Part shown: positions 1-12,463 of the stretch, piece after piece
Position numbering within the stretch: the stretch's first letter is position 1
Layout of the letters: the number at the start of each line of letters is the position of its first letter
Assembly: GCF_001194135.2 (NCBI RefSeq)
Contig: NC_069004.1
Coordinates: forward strand, 12,511,799-12,575,798
Direction: 5' to 3'
From: Octopus bimaculoides
Lineage: Eukaryota
DNA length: 64,000 bases
Translations under genes and position numbers: made by a program
Notes under the pieces: model-generated
The model's database searches: none
Seen by the model: the letters and a program-made list of their open reading frames with translations, nothing else
Told to the model about the DNA's origin: nothing

Positions 1-129
1 TTATGAGGAAATACAGTCACTCACTCTCTCTCTCTCATGCACATGAACACATACTAAAAAGATGAGACAGTACAGTTTGAATGTGGGAGTATTGAGAAAA
101 TATGTTTCAAAGACCTCATTCTTGCCTGG

Positions 130-460
130 AGTGAACAAATCTTAAACACAATGAAATTCCATTTATCTCCATGAAGTTCAACATCCTGAGGTTGGTCTTC
201 ACTACTTCATCCTATGTCTTCCTGGGTCTTCCTCTTCCTCAAGTCCCATCCACATTTAGCAACTGACACTTTCCATGGCTGTTCTCACCCATATGCATCA
301 AAGACTCATACCCTTGTAGTCTTCTCTCTTACATACTACATTTGATGCCTCTTAAGCTCAGTTTTTCTCTCAATGCATTTGCACTTTTTGTATGCACACT
401 GATATTGCACATCCAGCAGAGCATGTTTAGCTTCATTCCTTTTTAGTTTCTCCATACCTT
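130..460 (-). mobile_element. RTE-clade LINE ORF 3' fragment (degenerate)
   Basis: Minus strand reads GRGRPRKTWDEVVKTNLRML, the same motif as the other RTE fragments in the window; boundaries approximate. Confidence 0.65.
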
Positions 461-1217
461 CTGCGTGTTTCACTGCCATATAGTGTCATTGTTTGTATTA
501 TATATATTATACACACACACACACACATATATATANNNNNNNNNNNNNNNNNNNNNNNNNNNNNNNNNNNNNNNNNNNNNNNNNNNNNNNNNNNNNNNNN
601 NNNNNNNNNNNNNNNNNNNNNNNNNNNNNNNNNNNNNNNNNNNNNNNNNNNNNNNNNNNNNNNNNNNNNNNNNNNNNNNNNNNNNNNNNNNNNNNNNNNN
701 NNNNNNNNNNNNNNNNNNNNNNNNNNNNNNNNNNNNNNNNNNNNNNNNNNNNNNNNNNNNNNNNNNNNNNNNNNNNNNNNNNNNNNNNNNNNNNNNNNNN
801 NNNNNNNNNNNNNNNNNNNNNNNNNNNNNNNNNNNNNNNNNNNNNNNNNNNNNNNNNNNNNNNNNNNNNNNNNNNNNNNNNNNNNNNNNNNNNNNNNNNN
901 NNNNNNNNNNNNNNNNNNNNNNNNNNNNNNNNNNNNNNNNNNNNNNNNNNNNNNNNNNNNNNNNNNNNNNNNNNNNNNNNNNNNNNNNNNNNNNNNNNNN
1001 NNNNNNNNNNNNNNNNNNNNNNNNNNNNNNNNNNNNNNNNNNNNNNNNNNNNNNNNNNNNNNNNNNNNNNNNNNNNNNNNNNNNNNNNNNNNNNNNNNNN
1101 NNNNNNNNNNNNNNNNNNNNNNNNNNNNNNNGCAGTTTTAATAAAAGCATATTACTCTACCTTAGGTATTCAAGTACTTTTTTTCTACCTCGTTTTGCAT
1201 TTATGTGCTTATTTGTA

Positions 1218-1267
<50 letters not shown>

Positions 1268-1320
1268 CTAAACTGGCAATATGACCATCCCCAAGTACAA
1301 CAACATATATATATATATAT

Positions 1321-1995
1321 ATATTTGCCAACTAAGCATGGTGTCCTATACAAGACAGTGCTACTGATGTTTATAGCCCCAGGAAGACATCTCCTCTAGC
1401 TGGCTAACGACACACATTCTGTGCCCGATTATTATTTGTGGGTGGAAGTCATTGCTCCCATCTCTAGCCTTACATGATACACACGGACTCGAATTTCTGG
1501 GCAGTTACCTGTCCTCAGCATGTGTTAATCACCAGCTAATGACGGAAGCTCATTCCACTCGCAAATTACTATATGTTTTTCTAACGACTCACTGTCGCTG
1601 ATCTCATAGAAGAGAGAGAATGTTATATTAAATCTCTGAGCGAGATGTAAACAGTAGCAGTGTACAGAACCGTAACATATATTTGCCAACTAAGTGTGGC
1701 ATCCTATATAGGACAGTGCTACTGATGTTTATAGCCCCAGGAAGACATCTCCAGTTGGCTAATGACACACATTCTGTGTCCGATTAGTATTTGCCAGGGG
1801 AGGTCCGTGATACACATGGACTTGAGTTTCTGAGTGGTTACCCATCTTCAGCATGTGTTCATTACCAGCTAGTGATGGAAGCTCATTCTACTCGCAAATT
1901 GCTGTATATTTTCTAGCGACTCCCTGTTGTTGATCTCATAGAAGAGAGAGAATGTTATATTAAATCTCTGAGCGAGATAGAAGAAGCAGCAGTAC
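1321..1995. repeat. Two head-to-tail copies (~1321-1670 and ~1679-1995) of an unclassified ~330-bp repeat
   Basis: Both copies start atatttgccaactaag, share gacagtgctactgatgtttatagccccaggaagacatctcc and end gaatgttatattaaatctctgagcgagat. Confidence 0.85.
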
Positions 1996-2124
1996 ATACA
2001 TATAGTCATTAATGACTGAGCAAAATTTAGATGAATCTTTATTCAATGATGAAAAATCCAAATATCATGACAAATTTGTTTCATGACTCAAAAAGCTTGT
2101 AAATAACTTATGTTATCATATTTG

Positions 2125-2273
2125 TGGTAGGTAGCTTGCTTACCAACCACATGGTTCTGGGTTCAGTCCCACTGTGTGGCACCTTGGGCAAGTGTCTTCT
2201 ACTATAGCCTCAGGCCAACCAAAGCCTTGTGAGTGGATTTGGTAGACGGAAACTGAAAGAAGCCCGTCGTAAA

Positions 2274-2311
<38 letters not shown>

Positions 2312-2530
2312 TGTGTGCGTATATGTTTGCGTGTCTATGTTTGTCCCCCCAACATCGCTTGACAACCGATGCTGGTGTGTTTACGTCCCCGTAACTTAGC
2401 GGTTCGGCTAAAGAGACCGATAGAATAAGTACTAGGCTTACAAAGAATAAGTCCTGGGGTCGATTAGCTCGACTAAAACAGGCGGTGCTTCAGCATGGCC
2501 ACAGTCAAATGACTGAAACAAGTAAAAGTG
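2125..2530 (+). mobile_element. tRNA-derived SINE family B (internal (TA)n/(TG)n, tail ...gactgaaacaagtaaaag)
   Basis: Pol III B-box-like gggttcagtccc. Further copies at ~10417-10680(+), 11172-11567(+), 32455-32997(-), 34545-34740(-), 50822-51072(-), 52174-52545(+), 62003-62385(-). Confidence 0.85.
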
Positions 2531-2970
2531 TAATAGATAAATTACTTAAATGTCTTCACTAATAGAAAATGTAAAAAACTCTTTCATAATTTGAGCTACG
2601 TCATCAGGTGAAATAGATTTTAGAAGGATGTATTCAAGAAACAGAAGTTTTTATCTGAGATTGCATAAAGGACACAGATACAGATAATGCACCCCAATAT
2701 CAGCAGCATATATTCAGAAAAAAAGTGACCATCAAAGACGTTTATGGGAGACACAACTTCACATAAGGGACCTTCCATGATTTTTCTGAGACATTTTTTC
2801 CCAAGGAAAAAATGTGCTTCATCCGTGCCATCTAAATAGGGTAATATCATAGTATTTTGTTTGTTTCTGTAAAAATACAACCAAATCTGTTTGCTGTTAA
2901 ACCACAAATTCTTTTACCTGAATCGTTTTTCATTAACTTTGATGCTTCCTTGATGTTTTTTTTTTTTCAG

Positions 2971-3055
2971 ATTGGTCATGAACCTATGAAATTGTACCAA
3001 ACACGGACATTTACTGGGAAACCAATGTTAGCCTACCCCAGTGTGTTCCGATATA
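2971..3055 (+). CDS. MTCH2: MTCH2-like mitochondrial carrier homolog, first visible coding exon
   Basis: ttttcag/…/gtaag; IGHEPMKLYQTRTFTGKPMLAYPSVFRY aligns to recalled human VGYEPLPPTIGRNIFGRQVCQLPGLFSY. The start exon is not visible (gap 536-1131 or upstream of the window). Confidence 0.9.
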
Positions 3056-3150
3056 GTAAGAAACTTTGCTTTTCAATTCTTGGCTTAAAATTTTAAAATA
3101 ATAAGACGTCTTGCATATGAGCTCTTCAGTTTGTTTTGTGTGCTTGAATG

Positions 3151-3190
<40 letters not shown>

Positions 3191-5231
3191 ATTAAGAAAA
3201 ATAATATTCTTAAGATTATGAACCTGGAAAAGTACAGGACAAATTATTACACTTGGAAAAGTCCAGGACAAGTTACTACATCTAGTAAAGTACACAAAAC
3301 TGTGAAATTCCTCATGTTTTCTTCCATCATTGAAGCTGAGATATATTTTGTTTTTAAAATAAAAAAGCTATTTAGATCTAAACTTGATTGGAGGCGTTAC
3401 TTCCTCTCCTATAATGTTGCTACAAATTTCAATGTAAACTTTTTTTCTACTGGACCAAATCTCAGTTTTTTTTTAATGCCAAAATGTAGCTAGGGACCAG
3501 TCCTCTTCAAAAATGTTTTCAATTTGGTTAAGAACTGAATTAGTGACAAAGCTCTGAAGATGCTGCATGTGAGTAAATTGCAGCCTAAAGAATATTATTC
3601 AACTACTCCCGTAGTTGAATGATATATATAATATAAATATATATCTATAACAGATTAGTCATTGCTGGGGCATTACCTTTTCATTATTTGCGGCCATACA
3701 GCAATAGCCACTTTCTAATATTGCACCATTGTCATGGTGAGAACTAAATATATTAACTGTGGAAGATTCTAGATGGAAGAAAGAGAATTCCTGGAGAGGT
3801 TGGTCATAGAAAATGTGCTATCTGTGTTTATAGAATTGTGGTTTATGAAGTGAGCAGAAGGGCTAAAGGGGTATTTTTTAGCCCAGGTCAACTCAGATGG
3901 ACCTGTGATCAGAGGCACACCCCCCCCCCATGCACACACGCATACTTTTTTTTTATTTGTGGATTTACAAGGAACATTTATCCACAAAGTATGGTGTTGA
4001 GCATTCTTTCTCATTGTTCTATACTATTGTAGCATGTGTGTGGTAGTGTGGTATGAGGAGAGCTGCATGAAGAAGTGCTGAATTCTAGTTAGGGGTAGAC
4101 CCAGGAAGAGATGGGATTTTAAGTGGTGTGAAAGGACCTTCAGACTTTGGGCCTCACAGAGGAGATGACAAGGGAGGGAGACTTCTGGCAGTTTGCTGTG
4201 CTTGAGAAGACATGTCAAGCTAAGTAAAATCATGGCCATCCATACATACAGTATTGTGTCCTCTATAAGGTGGTGAGCTGGCAAAAACATTAACATATAA
4301 AGCGGCAAGCTAGCAGAAACGTTAGCACACCAGGCAAAATGCTTAGCGGTATTTCGTCTGCCGCTACGTTCTGAGTTCAAATTCTGCCAAGGTAACTTTA
4401 CCTTTCATTCTTTTAGGGTCGATTAAATAAGTACCAGCTATGCACTGGGTCGATATAATCGACTTAATCTGTTTGTCTGTCCTTGTTTGTCCCCTCTGGG
4501 TGTAGCCCCTTGCGGGCAGTAAAGAAATAAGAAACATTCAAGTGCAGGAGTGGATGTGTGGTAAGAAGCTTGCTTCTCAACCACATGGTTCCATGTTCAG
4601 TCCCACTGCATAGCAACTTGGGTAAGTGTCTTCTATTATAACTAAGGCAGTGAGCTGGCAGAAATGTTAGCACACCGGGCGAAGGGTACAGCAGGCACAT
4701 GCATCACAACCATATGTGCGCGACATGGTGATCTCATATCAAGATAAACAGTGTATGACCTTGCAGGTGGGACCCAGTTAGAGTTTTTCTTCAGGTTGAG
4801 TTGCCCATCTTGCTCAAAAGGTCCCTGTGATATTAAGTAGAATTGCTGTAGCCCATCTTTTATACCAAAATCAAACATGTACAATGATAATAACACCTGA
4901 GTCAGTTTAGATCAGAAACCATGAGAGCTAGTGCCTGGTACTGCACCAGGGTATTTTATTATTATTATTATTATTATTAATTTCGTTCATCATGTGCAAG
5001 TGTGTGTGTATTCATAATTACATTTTGTTTTATACAATTTAAGAAAAATTGAAACGTTTTTTTAACAATTCTTGAGTGTATTGAATTTACTTTGTGCATG
5101 ACTTTTGGCCCACCCTGTACAGGAGGAGTTATCTCCCATTACATTTGCTGACAATAACAAAACTATTGATTTCCTTTGATTCTAACTTTCTCTTATTTAA
5201 CTGTTGAAATTGTATCCAATTTATTTCCCAG

Positions 5232-5338
5232 TTGGACATATCTACCATGTAGATGGCTTCTTTGGGCTTTACAAAGGATTGGTTCCAAAGGTGTTGGCTG
5301 GAGCTGCTGGAAGTATTATCCAAAATAAAATCCTTTTG
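5232..5338 (+). CDS. MTCH2: MTCH2-like exon
   Basis: (I)GHIYHVDGFFGLYKGLVPKVLAGAAGSIIQNKILL; DG..GL.KGL.P carrier motif; phase 1 to 0; AG/GT. Confidence 0.92.
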
Positions 5339-6571
5339 GTAAGTTTTTATCAGTGTTTTATTATTATCATTATTATTATTATAAGATACAGAAATAAATT
5401 TATTTCTCAAACGTGTGACAATGCTATAAATAGCGTGATCAGGATAAATAATCCATATAATGCAGAAAAATACGTTGCCGGCCATGTTATTAAATTGACA
5501 AGCTGGCAGAATCGTTAGCACGCTGTGCAAAGTGCTTAGCGGTATTTCGCACGTTGCTACGGTCGATTTTGCCTTTCATCCTTTCAGGAGTCGATAAATT
5601 AAGTACCAGTTGAACACTGGGGTCTATGTAATTGACTCATCCCCACCCCCAAAACTGCTGTCCTTGTAGCAAAATTTGAAACTATTATAATCAGTATTAT
5701 TATTAAGGTGGTAAGCTGGCAGAATCATTAGCACACTGGGCAAAATGCTTAGTGGTATTTTGTCTGTCCTTATGTTTTGCGTTCAAATTCCACCAGAAAA
5801 ATTGCATTTCTCCTGGTTTTTTGTGTCCTGAGTTCAAATTTTACCAAGACTGAATTTGCCATCGATCCTTTCAGGGTTGATGAAACCAGCACCAATTGAA
5901 CGCTGGCAGTCGATATAATTGATTAGACGCCCTCCCTCCCAAATTTCAGAATTTGTGCCTAAAGCAGAAATATTGTTGTTGTTTTGTTTTTTTTTCTAAC
6001 TATTATTTATTTTTTCAAAGTTTGCTATGAAAACTATATTCCATTTTCATTANNNNNNNNNNNNNNNNNNNNNNNNNNNNNNNNNNNNNNNNNNNNNNNN
6101 NNNNNNNNNNNNNNNNNNNNNNNNNNNNNNNNNNNNNNNNNNNNNNNNNGTAGTCTCATATTGTTCACAGACTTTATGATAAATTATAAAAACAACCTAA
6201 ACCATCTAAGGCAGTACTCCAGCATGGTACAGTCAAATGACTGAAACACGTAAAAAAGCAACAGAATATCATTCACCCACTGAGAAAACATTGACTTTTG
6301 GAAACACCTTTTCATACTCTGAATTACTGAAGCATGGAATAAACTACCTGTGTCAGTTGTTAGCTATCAAGACACTACATTCTTCAAAACTTCCATGCTT
6401 CCTGAAATTTGCCAATAGTACACCTGATACCCCCAACCCTGTTTTTTTTTTTTTTTAAGACTTATTCACTATTCGCTTGCTGTGCATATTCTATGTATTG
6501 CTCCTACTGTTTTGGTTACTCTTTCTGATGAGTTGTAGCACACCTGAGCGCTGTATACTATAAGGTGATTA

Positions 6572-6607
<36 letters not shown>

Positions 6608-7048
6608 GGTGGCAAGCTGGCAGAATCATTAGCACACAATATGCTTAGTGGTATTTTGTCTGCTGCTGTGTTCTGAGTTCAATTTCCGCCAAGGTCAGCT
6701 TTGCCTTTCATCCTTACGGGGTCGATAAATTAAGTACTTGTGAAACACTGGGGTTGATGTGATCAACTAGTCCTCTCTCCACAAATTTCAGGCCTTGTGC
6801 CTATAGTAGAAAGGATTATTTTTATTATTAAAGTGGAGAGCTGACAGAATTGTTAACATGCCAGGCAAAATGCTTAGTGGCATTTTGTCCATCTTTACAT
6901 TCTGAGTTCAAATTCTGCTGAGGTCAACTTTACCTTGCATCCTTTTGGGGTTGATAGAAGTAAGTACCAGTTGAACACTGGAGTCAGTGTAATCAACTTA
7001 GCCCTTCCCCCAAGCTCGCTGGCCTTGTGTCAAAATTTGAAAAATCAC

Positions 7049-7107
<59 letters not shown>

Positions 7108-7344
7108 TACCTATTTCCACAACTACATTCACACATGACACCACTAACTGGGTGCTACTTCTCCACATTATATGTCTTACCATTTCTCTCTGTTCTGTTT
7201 TTATTTACAGCCATTATATAAACTTCTCAACAAAGTCACCTTTTAAACATTAAACTACCATATCAACCCTGGAACTTCAATGACATTGCCAATATGCTCG
7301 AAATAGCAGCTAAATTACACTCCTCCTCCTTTTCTCTCTCTCTG

Positions 7345-7376
<32 letters not shown>

Positions 7377-7426
7377 TCTCAGTACTAACCCCTAGCTATG
7401 TACCTCTATCTCTTTGTGTTACACAG

Positions 7427-7549
7427 TCCCTAAAGTCCAATGAGGATACTGATGTGAATGGGGATGAGTCTGATGAAGAGACTTTGGCAGACTCAAACCA
7501 AGATGATGATGCTGATGTTGTTATTGCATTGAAGAAATTATCAAAAATT
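7427..7549 (+). CDS. MTCH2: MTCH2-like exon (acidic loop)
   Basis: acacag/SLKSNEDTDVNGDESDEETLADSNQDDDADVVIALKKLSKI/gtaag; phase 0 to 0, fits its neighbours. Confidence 0.8.
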
Positions 7550-7607
7550 GTAAGTTGTCCCCGACTGTTTTATATTGAAGCTGGCATGACTAGCAGGTGT
7601 GATCCAC

Positions 7608-7992
7608 TTAAACCTTTAGCATTCAGAGTCCTCTGTCAGATGTAATGCCAGATATGGTTCAAATGCTAGAGTCAAATCATTTTTACAGACTGGATCTGGC
7701 CAGTTTGATGATAAAACAGGAAGAATATTTGGGCCGGATATGGCCCCTTTTAAATGCTTAACCCTTTCATTACTGTATTTATTTTGAGATGTTCTATGTT
7801 TCTTTCAGTTACTTTAAATATAACAAAGAATTTAATAAAATAACTTAGTTATTACTCAGCTAGTGTTAGGAACATAAATTGTGACTAAAGCTTGGTGGAA
7901 GATTCTAATTCAAAACTTATGAAAACAAGAAATTTGTACTCATTGCCAGAGCCGGTTTCAGCCAGGTTGGTTATGAAAGGGTTAAGAGTTAA
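7608..7992. mobile_element. piggyBac-like MITE with a second TTAA-CCCTTT MITE (7758-7985) nested in its right end
   Basis: Outer ttaaacctttagcatt…aaatgc[inner]gagttaa; inner ttaaccctttcattac…gttatgaaagggttaa. Related elements at 9751-9968, 36577-36804, 55906-56127. Confidence 0.7.
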
Positions 7993-8525
7993 AAACACAC
8001 ACACACACACACTCTTTTACATAAATATATACATTCAGGTACACATTTCAACACACCTACACTTACATCTAAGTACAGATGTGCCTAAACATACACACAT
8101 GTAAGTAGTGGTGCACACACACACACACACACAGAAATGATGCTAAATCGCTCACCACCGTCTTATAAACAGACACATTGGTCAGTATAGTCTCTGATAT
8201 ACAAATAGATGGAATGACCATTTCTGGAGCATCTTTGATCATGCAGTGGAATTCAACCCAGAACCATGTGGTTTGTGTTTCAATCCTACAGAAACATGCT
8301 TTCAAAATTTGTTTTTACATTGTTTGTTGACCAATTACCTCACCCCCACACTATGACCACTGCCAACTAAATATTGCCTATTTTGACCAATTCTTTTTTA
8401 CTAGTCTCTCTCTAAATTCTTCATCTCTAGTCTTTCACCTGTTTGTTTGCTCATATTCAACACAGAACTATGTCTTTTTGGATGTCAATGTGTTATATTT
8501 CCTTTTCTTCTCTCTCCCTCCTCAG

Positions 8526-8583
8526 ATCTCCAAGCAGTTAGTGGCCAGGTCTGTTGCTATAATAGCTACACACCCACTTCAAG
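8526..8583 (+). CDS. MTCH2: MTCH2-like exon
   Basis: ISKQLVARSVAIIATHPLQ vs human TTREMIARSAATLITHPFH; ctcag/gtaaac. Confidence 0.92.
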
Positions 8584-8985
8584 GTAAACGTTCTCTTACT
8601 TTCATCACAAAACGGTTTGTCTGTGCAGATCTTCATTTCAAGAAACTCTGCAAAATTTGGAATCAAATATTGATTTCAACATCATCATCATCACCATCAT
8701 CACAACCACCACCACCACCATTACTACCACCGCCATAATCATTTAATGTCCATTTTTCCATTCTTGCATGGGTCAGATGGAATTCATTGTGGCGGATTTC
8801 TCTATGGCCAGAAGCCCTTCCTGTTGCCAATCACTAATTTAATAATTACTAAAAGTAACTTGTACTATTCCTTATTATCTAATATTTGTAAACTTCCAAG
8901 AATTGATCATTTGGTTCCATCCCCTTCAAAGCTTACATAGCACCCTCATTGGAATATTGTCTACATATCTACGGTGGTTCTGTTG

Positions 8986-9035
<50 letters not shown>

Positions 9036-10170
9036 GTAAACAAACAAAGTTTGTTTTAGAAGCGTTGAGATGTATTGAAAGGTAGAGAAATAAATTTATT
9101 TATTCTCAAACGCGTAATAATGCTTATAAATAGCGTGATCAGGATAAATTATCCATACATTGCAGAAAAATACGTTACTGGCCAGCCATGAGACTGCCAT
9201 AACTATACAAGAATGCCTCATGTTAACTACCGTAATAAACACATTTTTACCGAATGCAAGGAAATGCAAGCCTCAAAGAAGCTTGGGAAAAACGATAGAT
9301 TCTTCTCTATGAATTTCTTTCACGCTAGCTACTTGATAAATTCTTATATAAGAGTTTATCCTATCATTTAATTAATATATATATATACAAACATCTGAAA
9401 CCATAACCAAAAGAAGTTTATTCATTTTATTGATAAATATTTAGTCACCAACACACATGCTACAACTTGTAACTTGCTCATGTTTGTTTTTGATTTTGTA
9501 AGCATGTTCACGAGTGTTAAATATATGAAATTCAAAAAGGTGTCCAAGATTGTTTGTTGTAGTGTCAAACAATGGTTTCATATGACAGTGTACCTTTACT
9601 TTCTCATGTGCTGTCCACATCCTAACCTCATTCCCAAGTGCCTTTATCAGTCTAATCCATGTTGATATCAACTTCAACTTGTGTGTAGGATATGGGTGTG
9701 ACAAACCATGGAATGCATCGATGATCACATGGCAGTGTTTGTTATGTAGCTTAACCCTTTAGCATTTAAACTGACTGTATCTGGCACAAATATTCTATTT
9801 GATTTTTTGTTCAAACTATCAAGATTTGGCCTCTTACACCTACCCTACAATGCCATTCTAAAATTAAACAATCACATCATCAAAATCTCAAAGCTATGAT
9901 TAATTCAAAACAGTGTGAATAAATAAGCTTTAAATTTGACAGGATAATCTGAATGCTAAAGGGTTTAAAAGAATATTCAGGACCCTTGAAGAAATCACAC
10001 TAAATGTAATCCATTGATAGAAGGAACCGGCACCTGCTGCGATGACTAATCCAATACTCAAAGAACTTTGTCATTCTGGTGATTAATTCCCCTCCCAAAA
10101 TCTTGTTTGTTTTTACAAAAAACAACATGAAAATATTTTAACTCTTTTTTTTTTTTTTTTCTAATTCTAG

Positions 10171-10222
10171 TGATAATGGCTAGAAACATGGCTCAGTTTG
10201 TTGGTAGAGAAAAAGAATACAG
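10171..10222 (+). CDS. MTCH2: MTCH2-like exon
   Basis: VIMARNMAQFVGREKEY vs human VITLRSMVQFIGRESKY; ttctag/gtaag. Confidence 0.92.
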
Positions 10223-10577
10223 GTAAGAGATGTTAATGGTAAATGTTTGTTATTATTGTTGTTGATGGTGGCAGTGCTTCTGCTTCTGTATCTAGATCAC
10301 TGCCTCTTTGTTCTGAGTTCAAATCCAGTTGTTGTTGTTATCATTGTTATTCACCTTTACACACTCAATAAAATAAATACCATTAAAAAACTGAATACTC
10401 AATACTCAATATCTGCAGGCATGGCTGTGTGATAAGAAACTTGCTTCCCAACCACATATTTCCAAGTTCAGTCCCAGTGCATAGCATCTTGGGCAAGTGT
10501 CTTTTACTATAGCCTTGGGCCAACCAAAGCCTTGTCAGTGGATTTGGTAGATGGAAACTGAAAGAAGACCATCATAT

Positions 10578-10608
<31 letters not shown>

Positions 10609-10698
10609 ATGTATGTGTGTGTCTGTGTATGTGTGTTTGTTCCCTACCACTGCTTGACAACCGGTTGCTGTTTACACTGTACCTGTTTGATTTTTCAG

Positions 10699-10758
10699 TG
10701 GTATAATATCTGCTGCAATGGAGATCCTAAAAGTGGATGGCCCTTCGGGTTTCTTTGG
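10699..10758 (+). CDS. MTCH2: MTCH2-like exon
   Basis: SGIISAAMEILKVDGPSGFFG; tttcag/gtaag; phase 2 to 2. Confidence 0.9.
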
Positions 10759-10863
10759 GTAAGTAATTATTACTCTTTACTCTGTCATTTCCTGTAAAAT
10801 CTATTCCAGAATTGAACCTATAAATTCCACTAATTGAATTTGTTTCTACTCCACATTTTTCAG

Positions 10864-10957
10864 TGGCCTTGTACCACGACTGCTAGGAGATTCAATCAAT
10901 CTGGCATCAACTAGTATCCTCACATACATCCTCAACAAATATATCATCCAAGACAAG
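10864..10957 (+). CDS. MTCH2: MTCH2-like exon
   Basis: GLVPRLLGDSINLASTSILTYILNKYIIQDK vs human GLVPRLLGDILSLWLCNSLAYLVNTY. Confidence 0.95.
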
Positions 10958-12325
10958 GTGAGTATCATTGGTTAATTAAAATGCTTGAATGATCTTAACA
11001 AGTTTTATTATGGGTATATTTGTTGTTGTTTTTTAAACCATCTGATTTCAGGGGTGAGGAGGGGTTTTTGTAATTATTTGACTACCAGTTCCAGTCAATG
11101 CACCATGGCCATGCTGCAACATCACTATCGTATTCTACACATTTTTATTATTTTCATTAATTTTTTTATAGGCATAGGAGTGGCTGTGTGGTAAGTAGCT
11201 TCCTTACAAACCACATGGTTCCGGGTTCAGTCCCACTGCGTGGCACCTTGGGCAAGTGTCTTCTACTATAGCCTCGGGCCGACCAAAGCCTTGTGAATGG
11301 ATTTGGTAGACGGAAACTGAAAGAAGCCCGTCATATATTTGTGTGTATATATATATGTGTGTGTGTGTGTCTGTGTTTGTCCCCCCAGTATCGCTTGACA
11401 ACCGATGCTGGTGTGTTAACGTCCCCGTAACTTAGCGGTTCAGCAAAATAAACCGATAGAATAAGTACTAGGCTTACAAAGAATAAGTCCTGGGGTCGAT
11501 TTGCTCAACTAAAAGTGGTGCTCTAGCATGGCCGCAGTCAAATGACTGAAACAAGTAAAAGAGTAAACATAATAATTAAAATTTAATGACGTAACTAATG
11601 GGAATTTTATATTCAGAATCTCACTTCAAAAATATTGTATCTTAAAAACCAGGTTTAAATTTTTCTAACTGAGATAATCAGTAGATCTTCTGACAAACAG
11701 CATCATCATCATCATCATCATTTTAACATCCATTGTCCATGCTGGCATGGATTGGACAGTTTGACCAGGGCTGGCCAGCTGGGGAGCTGCACCAGGTGAT
11801 GAGCTGGTAGAATCGTTAGCATGCCGGGCAAAATGCTTAGCATTATTTTGTCTGTCTTGACGTTATGAGTTCAAATTCCATCGACGTTGCCTTTCATCCT
11901 TTCGAAGTTGATAAATTAAGTACCAGTTGCGTACTGGGGGTCAATCTAATCGACTGGTCCCCTCCCCCAAAATTTCAGGCCTTGTGCCTATCATAGAAAA
12001 GATTATTATTATTAAGGTGGTGAGCTGCTTAGTAGCATTTCATCCATCTTTATGTTCTGAGTCCAAGTTCCGCCAGGTTTGACTTTGCCTTTCATCCTTT
12101 CGGGGGGGGCCAATTGACTGCTGGAGTTGATGTGATTGATTATTCCTTTCTCCCAAATTTCAGGCCTTGTGCCTATAATGGAAAGAATTGTTGATCCTAC
12201 TACGCTAGGTAATGTCTAACAGAAAATATTCTACTAAATATTCAGCTGTTATTATATCATTAAATGTTATGCCTGATCTCAGGAAGACTTCATTGTTAAC
12301 TTCAATATTTTTTGTCTTTTTCTAG

Positions 12326-12358
12326 AAAGTGTCTGTATATACTGCTGCTTTTGTTGGT
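12326..12358 (+). CDS. MTCH2: MTCH2-like micro-exon
   Basis: ttctag/KVSVYTAAFVG/gtaagt vs human EMKSYSQAVTG. Confidence 0.8.
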
Positions 12359-12463
12359 GTAAGTACCATTTCCCTTTTTTCATTCTACCCCTCTCTTTAT
12401 CTCTTTACTTCTTTCTTGCTTATGATCTCATTCTTTTATGCATAAATACTCCCTTACATAACC

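Noticed and set aside
465-1284. Long ORFs spanning N-runs (also at 17152-17798, 38579-39164, 42864-43291, 50449-50893)
   Set aside because: Artifacts of translating assembly gaps as X
2620-2907. 95-aa minus-strand ORF with a hydrophobic tail and a plausible acceptor
   Set aside because: No recognisable homology, no partner exons, and it lies antisense just upstream of an MTCH2 exon
6523-6560. Other CTGATGA/CTGAAGA occurrences as hammerhead cores (3554, 6525, 12774, 38672, 44838, 63376)
   Set aside because: No stem II followed by GAAA and no flanking stem I pairing
6935-7221. Poly-Y/I/L ORFs (similar YIYI/CVCV ORFs occur throughout)
   Set aside because: Translations of (ATT)n, (TA)n and (TG)n microsatellites and SINEs
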